In this document: in pieces, positions 27,001-36,542 of the stretch
Layout: each line of letters starts with the position of its first letter
Position numbering within the stretch: position 1 is the first letter of the stretch
Assembly: GCA_965199715.1 (NCBI GenBank)
Contig: OZ241322.1
Coordinates: forward strand, 352,001 to 416,000
Length of the DNA: 64,000 nucleotides
Direction: 5' to 3'
From: Vicinamibacteria bacterium
GTDB lineage: Bacteria > Acidobacteriota > Vicinamibacteria > Marinacidobacterales > Marinacidobacteraceae
Notes under the pieces: model-generated
What the model saw: the letters and a program-made list of their open reading frames with translations, nothing else
Databases searched by the model: none
What the model was told of the DNA's origin: nothing
Translations under genes and position numbers: made by a program

Positions 27001-27945
27001 TCAGCGCCCCCGGGAGCGCCCCTCGCGCTCGGTCAGGTAGCGGAACAGCGCGAAATCGAGCGGCGTGGCGGTGTCGGCGAGCACGTGATCCGCTCCCCGG
27101 CGCCCGAGCCCGGCGCGCAGCTCGGCGATGTGCGCGTCGAGCAGGTCCCGGTAGCTGTCGCGGATCCGGCCCGGCTGAACCTCGAGCACGGCTCCCGTCT
27201 CGAGATCCCGGATGCGCGAGCCGCCGTCGTCGAAATCGGGGAGCCCGTCGAGGTCGAGGTCGCGCTCGGCGGGGTCGAGCACGTGGAACGCCATCACGTC
27301 GTGGCCCGCCGCCCGCAGCCGGTCGAACGCCGCGAGGATCTCGTCCGCCGGCTCGTAGAAGTCGGAGACCACGGCCACGAGCCCGCGCCGGGTGAGCACC
27401 GCGCCCATCCGCCCGAGGATTCCGCCGAGGGTCCCGGCGCCCTCGTCGCGCACCGGCCCCGGCTCGGCGGCGGCGAGCGTGCGGAGCACCGTGTCGAGGT
27501 GCTTCGCCGAGGGCGGCACGAACTCGCGAAGCTCGTCGTCGAACGTGACGAGGCCCACCCGGTCGCGCTGGCTGCGTGAGAACGCGGCGAGGCAACCGGC
27601 GAGGAACCGGGCGTAGTCGAGCTTGCGGATCCCCCGATGGCGGAAGTCCATCGAGCCCGAGACGTCCACCGCCACGACGAGGTTCGCGTTCGTGTCCGCC
27701 TCGAATTCCTTCACGTGAAAGCGGTCGGACCGGGCGAAGAGCCGCCAGTCCAGCCGGCGGATGTCGTCGCCGGGCATGTAGGGACGGTGCTCGGCGAAGT
27801 CCACCGAGCGCCCGAGGAAGGTCGAGCGGTGGAGGCCGCTGATGAATCCCTGCACCACGACCCTCGCGACGAGATGCAAGTTGGCGATGCGCGCCAGCGC
27901 GACCGGATCGAGGAACCGGGCGGCCGGGTCACTGGCCGGAGCCAT
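27001..27945 (-). CDS. DUF58 family protein
   Basis: GLHRS, DFAEHRPYMPGDDIRRLDWR, DVSGSM, VSDFY. Confidence 0.92.
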   Translation of the reverse strand: MAPASDPAARFLDPVALARIANLHLVARVVVQGFISGLHRSTFLGRSVDFAEHRPYMPGDDIRRLDWRLFARSDRFHVKEFEADTNANLVVAVDVSGSMDFRHRGIRKLDYARFLAGCLAAFSRSQRDRVGLVTFDDELREFVPPSAKHLDTVLRTLAAAEPGPVRDEGAGTLGGILGRMGAVLTRRGLVAVVSDFYEPADEILAAFDRLRAAGHDVMAFHVLDPAERDLDLDGLPDFDDGGSRIRDLETGAVLEVQPGRIRDSYRDLLDAHIAELRAGLGRRGADHVLADTATPLDFALFRYLTEREGRSRGR

Positions 27946-27951
27946 CGGGCC

Positions 27952-29022
27952 TCACATCCGGGAGCGGGGCGTCGGCACGGCTTCCAGCAGCTTCGCCACG
28001 ATCGCCTCGGAGTCCACCTTCTCCGACTGGGCGTGGAAGTTCGGGAGGATCCGGTGCCGGAAGATCGGGGGCGCCATCGCCCGCACGTCCTCGAGCGCCA
28101 CGTGGTGGCGCCCTTTCATCAGGGCGCGGGCCTTGCTGGCGAGGACGACGTTCTGCGCGGCGCGGACGCTCGCGCCGTAGGCCACCCACTCCTTGACGAA
28201 GTCGGGCGCGTCGTCGGCGTCCGGACGGCTGCGGCGGGCGAGCTCGACCGCGTAGCCGAGGACCGCCTCGGTCACCGGCACCCGCCTCACGAGGCGCTGG
28301 AATCGGATCAGGTCCTCGCCCTCGAGCGCCTGGTCGAGCTGCGGCTTCGCGTCGCGGGTGGTCGTCCGCACGACCTCGAGCTCCTGGTCCGCCGGCAGGT
28401 AGCCGATGACGATGTTGAAGAGGAACCGGTCGAGCTGCGCTTCGGGCAGCGGATAGGTGCCCTCCAGCTCGATCGGGTTCTGGGTCGCGAAGACGAAGTA
28501 GGGCTCGGGCAGCCGGTAGGTCCGCCCCTGGACCGTGACCTGGCGCTCCTGCATGGCTTCGAGCAGCGCCGACTGGGTCTTCGGCGGCGTCCGGTTGATC
28601 TCGTCCGCGAGCACGATGTTCGTGAAGACCGGCCCCTTGACGAAGACGAGGTTCCGCTTTCCGGTCTCCGGGTTCTCCTGGATGATGTCGGTGCCGGTGA
28701 TGTCCGACGGCATCAGGTCCGGGGTGAACTGGATCCGGTTGAAGTCCAGCGAGAGCACCTCGGAGAGCGTCTGGACGATCAGCGTCTTGGCGAGCCCGGG
28801 GACGCCGGTGATGATGCTGTTTCCGCCCGCAAGCAGGCTCACCAGCACCTGTTCGAGCGCCGCTTCCTGCCCGATGATGGCCTTCTGGATCTCGCGGGTG
28901 ACCGCCTCCATCGAGTTCTGGAGCCGGACGGCGAGTTCCGCGTCGGATTCGGCGGGAACCGTTTCGGCGGGGGCCGGGGCCGCCGGCCCGCCGAGGTCCT
29001 GTTCCGAAGTCGCGTCGCTCAA
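27952..29022 (-). CDS. moxR: MoxR family AAA+ ATPase (copy 1)
   Basis: GVPGLAKT, RIQFTPDLMPSD, DEINRTPPKTQSALLEAM, ATQNPIE, LPEAQLDRF. Confidence 0.95.
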   Translation of the reverse strand: MSDATSEQDLGGPAAPAPAETVPAESDAELAVRLQNSMEAVTREIQKAIIGQEAALEQVLVSLLAGGNSIITGVPGLAKTLIVQTLSEVLSLDFNRIQFTPDLMPSDITGTDIIQENPETGKRNLVFVKGPVFTNIVLADEINRTPPKTQSALLEAMQERQVTVQGRTYRLPEPYFVFATQNPIELEGTYPLPEAQLDRFLFNIVIGYLPADQELEVVRTTTRDAKPQLDQALEGEDLIRFQRLVRRVPVTEAVLGYAVELARRSRPDADDAPDFVKEWVAYGASVRAAQNVVLASKARALMKGRHHVALEDVRAMAPPIFRHRILPNFHAQSEKVDSEAIVAKLLEAVPTPRSRM

Positions 29023-29032
29023 GCGAGCCTCC

Positions 29033-29824
29033 CTAGTGGATCATCCCGTATATGACGTAGTTGACGCCCAGCTTGAACGCCTCGTTGGTCAGGTCCACCG
29101 GCCAGTAGCCGCTGCCCGACCATTCCCAGTAGTCGCCGATGTCGTGGTTGTAATTGGCGATGACCATGAGGCGCCCGTTCGAGTCGTTGTCCTCGAAATA
29201 GCCGTAGTACACCGGAACGAGGTCGGGCCTCGTCGCGTGCTCGAATTCGAGCGTGTCGATGTGGAAGAACGAGTCGAAGACCGGATGGGTGACCTCCAGC
29301 TCGATCAGGTCGTGACCGGGGAGCACGCGCTCCATCTGGCGGGCGAAGTTGGCGAGCGCGCGCGACTGGACGAAGTCGTCCACGACGAGGAACCCGCCCT
29401 TGAGCAGGTAGGCCCGGAGGTTCTCCGCCTCCTGGTCGCTCGGAAGCCAGTAGCCCACCTCGCACAGATACGCCCACGGCCGGCGGAAAAGTTCCTCGTC
29501 GTTCAGCGACCAGATGTCGGTGCCCTCGTCGTGGAGCGAGAGCGAGGTGTACTCGGCGAGGATGCGGTTGAAATTCTGCTCGCCCCACGGGTAGTCGTGG
29601 TTCCACTTGAGGTCGAGCCCCCAGTAGAAGCCGCCGCGCCGGTAGCGGGGCGGCTCGAAACGGATGCGCACGAACGCGAACCGGTGGTCGTACGGCGCGT
29701 TCGCGTAGTCGAGCGGGAGCTCCAACGCGTTCGGGTCGGGCCGGAACGTCGCGGTCAGCTCGCGTGCGGGCTCCTGGGCGAACGCCGCGACCGGCAGCGC
29801 GATCAGGAGCGCCCGGCGGATCAC
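29033..29824 (-). CDS. DUF4159 domain protein
   Basis: WNHDYP, LRAYLLKGGFLVVDDF, HPVFDSFF, NHDIGDYWE, LGVNYVIYGM. Confidence 0.88.
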   Translation of the reverse strand: MIRRALLIALPVAAFAQEPARELTATFRPDPNALELPLDYANAPYDHRFAFVRIRFEPPRYRRGGFYWGLDLKWNHDYPWGEQNFNRILAEYTSLSLHDEGTDIWSLNDEELFRRPWAYLCEVGYWLPSDQEAENLRAYLLKGGFLVVDDFVQSRALANFARQMERVLPGHDLIELEVTHPVFDSFFHIDTLEFEHATRPDLVPVYYGYFEDNDSNGRLMVIANYNHDIGDYWEWSGSGYWPVDLTNEAFKLGVNYVIYGMIH

Positions 29825-32328
29825 GATCCCTCCTCCGAGAGCCGCCGGAGCAGCCCGAGCGCGTCCCGGTAGGTGGGCGCGATCTCAAGCGCCTCGAGCA
29901 CGCGCCACCGCGCCCTCGTCCGGTCGCCCGCGAGGCGGTGCGCCCGGGCGAGGCGGTAGAGCGCGCCGGCCCGGTCCGGGGGCTCGGTCGCGAGCACTGC
30001 CCGGCGTTCCCGGATCTCGCTACCGTGGTCGCCGAGTTCGGCGAATGCGTCGGCGAGGCGCTCGTGCGGCTCCCGGCTCATCGGCCACGCGAGGAGTCCC
30101 GCCTCGAGCGCCTCGGCCGCTTCCGCCGGATCGCGCCGCAGCGCGGCGAGCCGCACCCAGCCCTCGTGGTCGGCGGGAACCAGCGCGAGGTGCCGCTCGA
30201 GCGCCTCCGCCGCCTCGGCGTCGCGCCCGGCCCGCTCGTGGATGCGCGACAGCGCCCGGGACGCGCCGTCGAGCCCGCCGTAGTCGGGAGCCGACCGGAA
30301 GGCGCGCTCCAGGTACGGGACCGCCTCCGCGTCGCGGCCACTCGCTTCGAGCGCGTTCCCCGCGGCGAGCTGGGCGAAGAAGTCCTCCGGGCGCTCGTCG
30401 GCGCGCCGCCGCAGCCCGGGGAGCGAGACGGGCCCGGGAACGTCGGCGAGCGCGTTCGCCGCCGCGCCGAACCGCTCCTCGACGCCCGCCGCGAGCGCCG
30501 CGTCGAGCGCGTCGAGCGATTCGCCGAGAACCTTGGGAAGGACCTCGCGGCTGGTCTCGCCCCGGTGGAACCCGTCCAGCATGGAGAGGATCGCCGGGAA
30601 CCCGTACGTCGCCTCCACCTGCTCCAGCACGAGCGAGGAATGGTAGTAGGAGACCCCCACCTGCCCCGGCCACGTGGGGCGCAGGAATCCCTCGTCCAGT
30701 TCGCCGAGCGGCAGGAGCGCGTCGCCGCGCATCGCCTGGTAGAAGGCGCGGCTCGCGCCGTCCCCGAAGCGCCGCCGCTCCTCCAACTGGCTCATCCCCT
30801 CGGTGAACCAGCGCGGAACGCGGTTCCCCGTCAGGCCCATGGTCACCGCATGGGCCAACTCGTGCCACAGCGTGGAGGTCCAGTGGTACTCGCCCACCTC
30901 GCGGGTCGAGGGCGACTCGAGCGCGATCACGTTTCCGAAGCAGACCCCGTGCGCGCCGATGCCGGTCATCCCCACGGTGCGCACCGAGAAGTCCGCCGAC
31001 CGGTCGTACACCTCGATCCTGATCGTCCCGTCGGGTCTCCAGCCGTACCGCTCGCCGAAGGCCTCGATCGCCTCGCGGGACACTGCTTCCAAGTACGGCA
31101 GTAACAGGTCCGCCTGGGTCGGCGGCAGCACGAACTCGAACGGCGGCGCGCGCACGACCGTGAACGCTTCCAACTCGTCCAGCAGGTCCAGCGTGTTCTT
31201 CACGAACGCGTCGAACGGATCGCGCTGGAAGGCGGCCTCGAGCGCCCTCCGCCCGGCTTCCATTTCGCCGAGTCGCAGGAGGTTGAGCCCCGAAAGGCGC
31301 AGGGCGGCCACCGACTCCGGATCGCGCTTCAGCGCCGCCTCCGCCCGCTCGGCGGCCTCCCGGTAGCGCCGGGTGCGCTCGGCGGCGGCCCCGACGCCGA
31401 GATCGAGCCGTGGATCGCCCGGAAACGCGGTCCGGAACCGCTCCTCCACCGCCGCTGCGCCGGCGAGGTCGCCGCTCAGGAAAAGCGCCCCCGCTCTAGC
31501 CTCCAGCGCGGCGGGCGAACGCGGCAGGTCGGCGAGCAGCGCGGCGGAGGCCTCGAGCGCGGCCTCGGCGTCGTCCTCCTCGAGCAGGCGGACGATCCGC
31601 AGCGCCCGCGCCTCGGGATGCCGGGGGTTCACGGCGAGCGCGGCGTCGAGCGGATCCCCGCTCGCGGCCGCCCCGCGCAGCCGGGCGATTCCGAGAAGCG
31701 CCCGCGGATCGCGGGGGTTCCGGTCCAGCACCGCCCGGAACTCGCGCTCGGCCTCCGACAGGTTGCCCTTGTCGGCCAGAAGCTCCGCCGCGAGCAGGCG
31801 CGGGAGCCGGTCGCCGGGCGCGAGCGCCGCCGCTTGGTCGAAGAGCTGCAACGCCTCCCGGACGAGGCCGCTTCCGAGGTAGCCGAGCCGGACCAGCGCC
31901 TGTCCCGCGGCGACGAGTCCGGCAGCGGTGCGGGCCTCGGGCGGCGCCCGCTCGTGCTCGCGGAGCGCCGCCTCGAGCCGCTCGCGCGGGTTCGCGCCGC
32001 GGCGGGCCTCGATCCCGGCGATCGCGGTCTCCGCCTCGAGCCGCGCCGCGCTGAACACCTCTCCCGGAACCGCGCGCAGCAGTTCCAGCGCCTCGGCGTC
32101 CTCGCCGATCTCGATGTGGATGCGCGCCCGCATCAGCGGCGCCCCCGGCCCGAGCGCGTCCAGCGCCTCGTCGTAGCGGCCGGTGAGCCGCAGCGTCTCG
32201 GCCAGCCCGAGCGCCGCGTCCGCGTCGGGGAGGCGCTCGCGGAATCCGGCCTCCGCCTCCTCGTAGTTCCCGGCGGCGAGCGCCTCGGCCGGCTGGGCCA
32301 GCGCAAGAACCGCGAGCGCGGCCAGCAT
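29821..32328 (-). CDS. TPR-repeat protein with central peptidase MA-like (gluzincin) domain
   Basis: ATG 32328; multiple TPRs; LWHELAH...VPRWFTEG. Confidence 0.82.
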   Translation of the reverse strand: MLAALAVLALAQPAEALAAGNYEEAEAGFRERLPDADAALGLAETLRLTGRYDEALDALGPGAPLMRARIHIEIGEDAEALELLRAVPGEVFSAARLEAETAIAGIEARRGANPRERLEAALREHERAPPEARTAAGLVAAGQALVRLGYLGSGLVREALQLFDQAAALAPGDRLPRLLAAELLADKGNLSEAEREFRAVLDRNPRDPRALLGIARLRGAAASGDPLDAALAVNPRHPEARALRIVRLLEEDDAEAALEASAALLADLPRSPAALEARAGALFLSGDLAGAAAVEERFRTAFPGDPRLDLGVGAAAERTRRYREAAERAEAALKRDPESVAALRLSGLNLLRLGEMEAGRRALEAAFQRDPFDAFVKNTLDLLDELEAFTVVRAPPFEFVLPPTQADLLLPYLEAVSREAIEAFGERYGWRPDGTIRIEVYDRSADFSVRTVGMTGIGAHGVCFGNVIALESPSTREVGEYHWTSTLWHELAHAVTMGLTGNRVPRWFTEGMSQLEERRRFGDGASRAFYQAMRGDALLPLGELDEGFLRPTWPGQVGVSYYHSSLVLEQVEATYGFPAILSMLDGFHRGETSREVLPKVLGESLDALDAALAAGVEERFGAAANALADVPGPVSLPGLRRRADERPEDFFAQLAAGNALEASGRDAEAVPYLERAFRSAPDYGGLDGASRALSRIHERAGRDAEAAEALERHLALVPADHEGWVRLAALRRDPAEAAEALEAGLLAWPMSREPHERLADAFAELGDHGSEIRERRAVLATEPPDRAGALYRLARAHRLAGDRTRARWRVLEALEIAPTYRDALGLLRRLSEEGS

Positions 32329-33251
32329 CAGCCCGGCGGCTCCTGGAGCTCCTCGATCCGGTCGCCGATCTCGGCGATCCGCAGCAAGAGCTCCTCGAGC
32401 TGGGCGAAGTACTCGTCCTCCTCGAAGTCGTCCCGGAGCGCCCGGAGCGTGTCCACCCGCGCAGCGAGCGCGTCCCGCTCCTGGATCATCCGGCGCAGGT
32501 CCTCCCCCGCGGCGGCGAGTTCCGGATCCCCGAACGGGAGGCGCCGCGCCGCCAGCGCTCCGTCGGACTCGCCGCCGACCCCGTCCCCGTCGTCGTCGAG
32601 CACCGCGTGCTCGGTCTGAAGCAGCCCGGCGTCGCGGTACTCCCGCTCGGTCCCGGCGCGGGCGAACTCGAACGCCTCCAGCACCGAGATCCGGCTGTCG
32701 CGGTTCCGATCGGCGGCGGCGTCGGCGTCCGAGGACGAGAACGCCTCGACGAAGTGCCCGGCGAACCGGGTGGCGCCGGACTCGTGCTCGCGGCTCGCGG
32801 CCACGAGGACTCGGCCCGGCGCGGCGAGCGCGGGCAGGAAGGCGGCGGCGGCGCTGCCCAGATGCGCCACGGTGACCGGCGCGCCGTCGAATCGCCCCAG
32901 CATTCCGCCCAGGTCCTCGGGCCCCACGTCCGGGCCGGGTAGGTGGAACCGGGCGCCCCGGCCGGTGGCGCTGCCGTGGCCGATGAGGACGAGGAAGAGG
33001 CCGCCCGCGGGATCGGCGACGGCGTCGATTTCGGCGCGAATCCCGGCCGCCGTGCTGCGGCCGTCGGCGAGGCACGGCCTCGGCTCGTCGGGAACGCGCT
33101 CAGCGAGCACGCGAACGACGGGCGGATTCGGCTGGGCGCGCGCCGCGGCGCACAGCTCCTCGGCCCAGCCGGCGAAGCGCTCCTTGTAGCGGGGGTCGGC
33201 CCCGACCCCGGCCACGATGAGCACGGTCGCCTGCGCGAGGACCGCGATCAC
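32328..33251 (-). CDS. Conserved hypothetical protein, caspase/C13-like fold suspected
   Basis: GTG 33251 coupled to the upstream stop; LFLVLIGHGS, DRNRDSRISVLEAF, EHAVLDDDGDG, C-terminal coiled coil. Confidence 0.7.
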   Translation of the reverse strand: MIAVLAQATVLIVAGVGADPRYKERFAGWAEELCAAARAQPNPPVVRVLAERVPDEPRPCLADGRSTAAGIRAEIDAVADPAGGLFLVLIGHGSATGRGARFHLPGPDVGPEDLGGMLGRFDGAPVTVAHLGSAAAAFLPALAAPGRVLVAASREHESGATRFAGHFVEAFSSSDADAAADRNRDSRISVLEAFEFARAGTEREYRDAGLLQTEHAVLDDDGDGVGGESDGALAARRLPFGDPELAAAGEDLRRMIQERDALAARVDTLRALRDDFEEDEYFAQLEELLLRIAEIGDRIEELQEPPG

Positions 33252-35566
33252 GGCAACCCCCAGCGGTTGCGCAGCACCCACTCGCCGCCGAGCAGCGAGG
33301 CGACCAGCAGGAAGAACGCAGGAACGAAGGCGAGCGGGCGGCGCTCGGTCACGGTGACCCCGGCGTCGGCGATCCGAAGCCGCTCGAGCGCCTCGTCGAT
33401 CTCGTCGGCCTCGAACGCCCGGCCCCCGGTGGCCTCGGCGATCCGGGCCAGAAGCGCCCGATCCGCCTCGGCGTCGAAGTACTCGTCGGTCACGACCCCG
33501 GTGCGGAACCGCGCCCGCGCCGGCTCCGGCGCTTCGGCCCCGAGGGTCCGCACCTCGACCTCGTGGATTCCGGTATGGGTCCCCTCGTACGCGCCGGCGT
33601 ACTCGCCGTCCTCGACCCCCGTCCACGTGAGCGGGACCAGCTCGCGCGAGCCGTCCGGCCGGGTGACCGTGGCCTCCACGACCGCGTCGTTGATCTCGAG
33701 GAAGCGCTCGTCGCGGACGGTGGCCGTGATCCGGATGCGCTCGCCCGGAGGCGCTTCCTCGGGGTCGGCGGCGGCCTCCATCCGGCGAGGGGTCTCCGCG
33801 ATCAGCCAGCGCAGGAGCCGTCGCCAGAGGACCTCGTGGGTCTCGTCCTCGAGCGGAACCGACGCGTGCATCTGCCACGTCCACAGGTCCTGCGCGGTGA
33901 GGCTCGCCGCGCGACCCCGCCCGAACCGCTGGTAGAGGAGCACCGGTTCAGCGGCGTCGCTTCCCGGCGTCACGCCCTCGAGCAGCACCACCGCGCCAGG
34001 CTTGGCCGCGCCGGCGCGGTTCACGATGGAGAGCGGCGGCAGGCCGCGGTAGCGGTCCTCGTTGCGCTGCGGATCGGGGTCGAGGCGGACCACTGGATGC
34101 CCGGCGCCGGCGCGGGTCGGAAAGACGTGGAGCTCGCGGAACACGGGAGCGGCTCCGCCCGGGATCGCTGCGTCCTCGGGGATCTCGGGCAGCGCGAGCG
34201 GGAGGACCTCGGCGATGGCCGTGTCCCGGTAGCCGCCCTCGGCGAAGGAGGCCCCGCCGCCGAGCGTGAGGAGGCCGGCCCCCCGCACCGCGACGAAATC
34301 GCGCAGCATGTCGAGCTGGTCCTGGTTGAAGAAGCTGGCCTCGACGGTCCCGAGAATCACCGCGTCGAACTCGTACAGCTCCTCCCGCGAGTCCGGAAAT
34401 CCCCCGGCGAGCTCCTCGGCGCTGTCCACGTCCACCCGGTAGAACTTGCCCTCGGCGGTGCGCACCATCCCGAGCACCCGAAGCTCCGGATCGGGAGCGA
34501 CGGCGCGGCGGCGAAACTTGAACTCGAAGCGCGGCTGCCCCTCGAAGTGGAGCAGCCGGACCGTCCGGGTCTCGACGTCGAGCAGCCGCTCGCGCTCGTT
34601 GTTGTGCGTCAGCATCTCCCCCGGGAACGGCGCCGCCCGGAAGCGCAGCCGCCGCAGGCCGCCCTCCTCCGCCGGGAACGGGACGGCCGCGGTGGTCTCG
34701 AAATCGTCGCCGACGATGGGGATCGAGCGCGTCGCGGCGATCCGGCCCTCGTCGAGGACCTCGAGGCGGACGACCTCGCCCTCGAGGCCGCGCGCCCGAA
34801 GCCGCACGTGGACCTCGAGGCGCGAGCCCCGCAGCGCGCGCGGCGGAAGGTCGGGCTCGCCGAGCGCGAGGTCCCGCTCGAAGGACTCTTGGCCGAGCAT
34901 CACCGGGAACACTGGGACTCCGGCCTCCCGCAGCGCGAGCAGCGAGTCCTCGAGCGCGTCCGGGTCCGAACGGGTGTCGGCGCCGTCGGTGAGCAGCAGG
35001 ATTCCGGCGAGCCGCCCGGACGGCGCGCCCTCCATCACCCGGTCGAGCGCGGCGGCGAGGTCGGTGCGGGCGCCGGCGAAGTCGAGGTCGGCGGCGCTCT
35101 CCACCACGTCCGCCTCGTCCGAGAAGCCGAGCAGGCGGGTCACGAACAGCGCCTCGAGATCCTCGCGGAAGCTCCCGGCGTGCTCGCCCTCGGGCGGGAA
35201 CGCGGAGAGGAGGAAGTCGCCGCGCCGCGCCGCGCCGTCGTCCTTGTCGGGAATCCGCATGCTCGCGGAGTCGTCGAGCAGCACCGCGACCGCGTTGTCC
35301 TGGGGTACGACGGTCGAGAGCACGAGCTCGGGACGCAGCAGGCACAGCGCCACGACCGCCAGCACCGCGCCCCGAATCCCGGCGACGACCGCCCGGCGGC
35401 GCCCGCCGAGCCGGCGGTATCCGGCCCGCCCGAGAAGCCGCCACGCGCCCCACGCGGCGAGGCCGAACAGCGCCGGGATCACGATCCACGGGGCCGAAAG
35501 CTCCAGCCGTCCGGCGGCGAAGTGCGCCCACGGGCTCCCGAGCAACCACTCGACGGCGGGGGTCAT
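33248..35566 (-). CDS. vWA + GATase1-like membrane protein
   Basis: LLDDSASM, LLLTDGAD, GLLTLGG..SF..GGY, GRGR, terminal EWVLR.RWGL. Confidence 0.85.
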   Translation of the reverse strand: MTPAVEWLLGSPWAHFAAGRLELSAPWIVIPALFGLAAWGAWRLLGRAGYRRLGGRRRAVVAGIRGAVLAVVALCLLRPELVLSTVVPQDNAVAVLLDDSASMRIPDKDDGAARRGDFLLSAFPPEGEHAGSFREDLEALFVTRLLGFSDEADVVESAADLDFAGARTDLAAALDRVMEGAPSGRLAGILLLTDGADTRSDPDALEDSLLALREAGVPVFPVMLGQESFERDLALGEPDLPPRALRGSRLEVHVRLRARGLEGEVVRLEVLDEGRIAATRSIPIVGDDFETTAAVPFPAEEGGLRRLRFRAAPFPGEMLTHNNERERLLDVETRTVRLLHFEGQPRFEFKFRRRAVAPDPELRVLGMVRTAEGKFYRVDVDSAEELAGGFPDSREELYEFDAVILGTVEASFFNQDQLDMLRDFVAVRGAGLLTLGGGASFAEGGYRDTAIAEVLPLALPEIPEDAAIPGGAAPVFRELHVFPTRAGAGHPVVRLDPDPQRNEDRYRGLPPLSIVNRAGAAKPGAVVLLEGVTPGSDAAEPVLLYQRFGRGRAASLTAQDLWTWQMHASVPLEDETHEVLWRRLLRWLIAETPRRMEAAADPEEAPPGERIRITATVRDERFLEINDAVVEATVTRPDGSRELVPLTWTGVEDGEYAGAYEGTHTGIHEVEVRTLGAEAPEPARARFRTGVVTDEYFDAEADRALLARIAEATGGRAFEADEIDEALERLRIADAGVTVTERRPLAFVPAFFLLVASLLGGEWVLRNRWGLP

Positions 35567-35573
35567 CCGGCTC

Positions 35574-36452
35574 TCAGTGGGTCATCGCGTAGATGATGAA
35601 GTTCACTCCCATTTCGTACGCGTAGTTCGAGAAGTGGAGCGGGTACCACGGATTCTCGGCCCACTCCCATGCGTCGCCGAGGTCGGTGTTCCAGTTGATG
35701 ACGACCATCAACCGGCGCTCCTCGTCGAAGATCCCGCGGACTTCGGGGATGTAGCCGTCGCGCTCCCACGTCGGCCCGCCCCGGATGCCCTGCCCCACGT
35801 TCGGCACCTGCACGACCTCGTCCACGTTGTAGAACGACCGGAACAACGGGTGGTCGAGGGGCACGTCCTCAATGGGGTATTCCGGCAGCACCCGGCTCAT
35901 CTGGTGGGCGAAGTTGGCCCACTCGGCGGAGCCCCAGAAGTCGTCCACGACGAGAAAGCCGCCCGAGAGCAGGTAGCGCCGCAGCCCCTGCACCTCGGGC
36001 TCGCTCATGGCCATGTACCCGACCTCGACCGTGTAGAGGAACGGAAACCGCCCGATCTCGGGGTCCGTCAGGAGCACCCGGTTCTCCATCGCGTAGGCGT
36101 TCAGGTTCGTGAGCCTCCGGACCCCGACGAGGAACTGCCGGTCGGCCTTCGGGAAATCCACGTGCCAGCCCCGCCAACCGTATCCCGACCACGCCGCGCG
36201 GGTGAAGTAGAAGTCGTGCCCGGCGCGGCGGGGATCGCGCAGAAGCGGGTCGCCGAGCGTCTCGCCGGTCGCTTCGGCGAGCATCTGGCGCAGCCGGTCG
36301 GCGGTGGCCTGCCCCCGGCGCTCGCGCTGCTGGAGGGGTTCGGCGGGCTCCGCCGGACTCCACCCGGGCCGATCGAAGAGGAGGGCCGCGGCTCCCGCGA
36401 ACGACGCGAGGAGACCGCCGCCGGCGAGCAGGAGTAGCGCCCGGCCGGCCAT
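35574..36452 (-). CDS. DUF4159 domain protein (first gene of operon)
   Basis: WHVDFPKAD, FPFLY, LRRYLLSGGFLVVDDFWG, NTDLGDAWEWA, MGVNFIIYAMTH. Confidence 0.88.
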   Translation of the reverse strand: MAGRALLLLAGGGLLASFAGAAALLFDRPGWSPAEPAEPLQQRERRGQATADRLRQMLAEATGETLGDPLLRDPRRAGHDFYFTRAAWSGYGWRGWHVDFPKADRQFLVGVRRLTNLNAYAMENRVLLTDPEIGRFPFLYTVEVGYMAMSEPEVQGLRRYLLSGGFLVVDDFWGSAEWANFAHQMSRVLPEYPIEDVPLDHPLFRSFYNVDEVVQVPNVGQGIRGGPTWERDGYIPEVRGIFDEERRLMVVINWNTDLGDAWEWAENPWYPLHFSNYAYEMGVNFIIYAMTH

Positions 36453-36542
36453 GCGCCAAGCCTATCTTGCGCCGCCGCCCGAGGGGGCGGCCGCTGGTAC
36501 GATTCGGCGCCGGCGAAACCCCTCGCCCGAAGGAGAGTCCCC

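Noticed and set aside
21605-27595. 1996-aa ORF and other very long track ORFs (6141-9224, 6837-9674, 29821-33075, 53466-56228)
   Set aside because: N-terminal parts are Arg/Gly/Pro-rich off-frame or antisense shadows of real genes in high-GC DNA; true starts are at coupled codons such as 24946, 7833 and 32328.
27707-27722. TCCTTCACGTGAAAGC resembling parS
   Set aside because: Only 12/16 match, and explained by the conserved HVK peptide of DUF58, which also appears in the second DUF58 gene.
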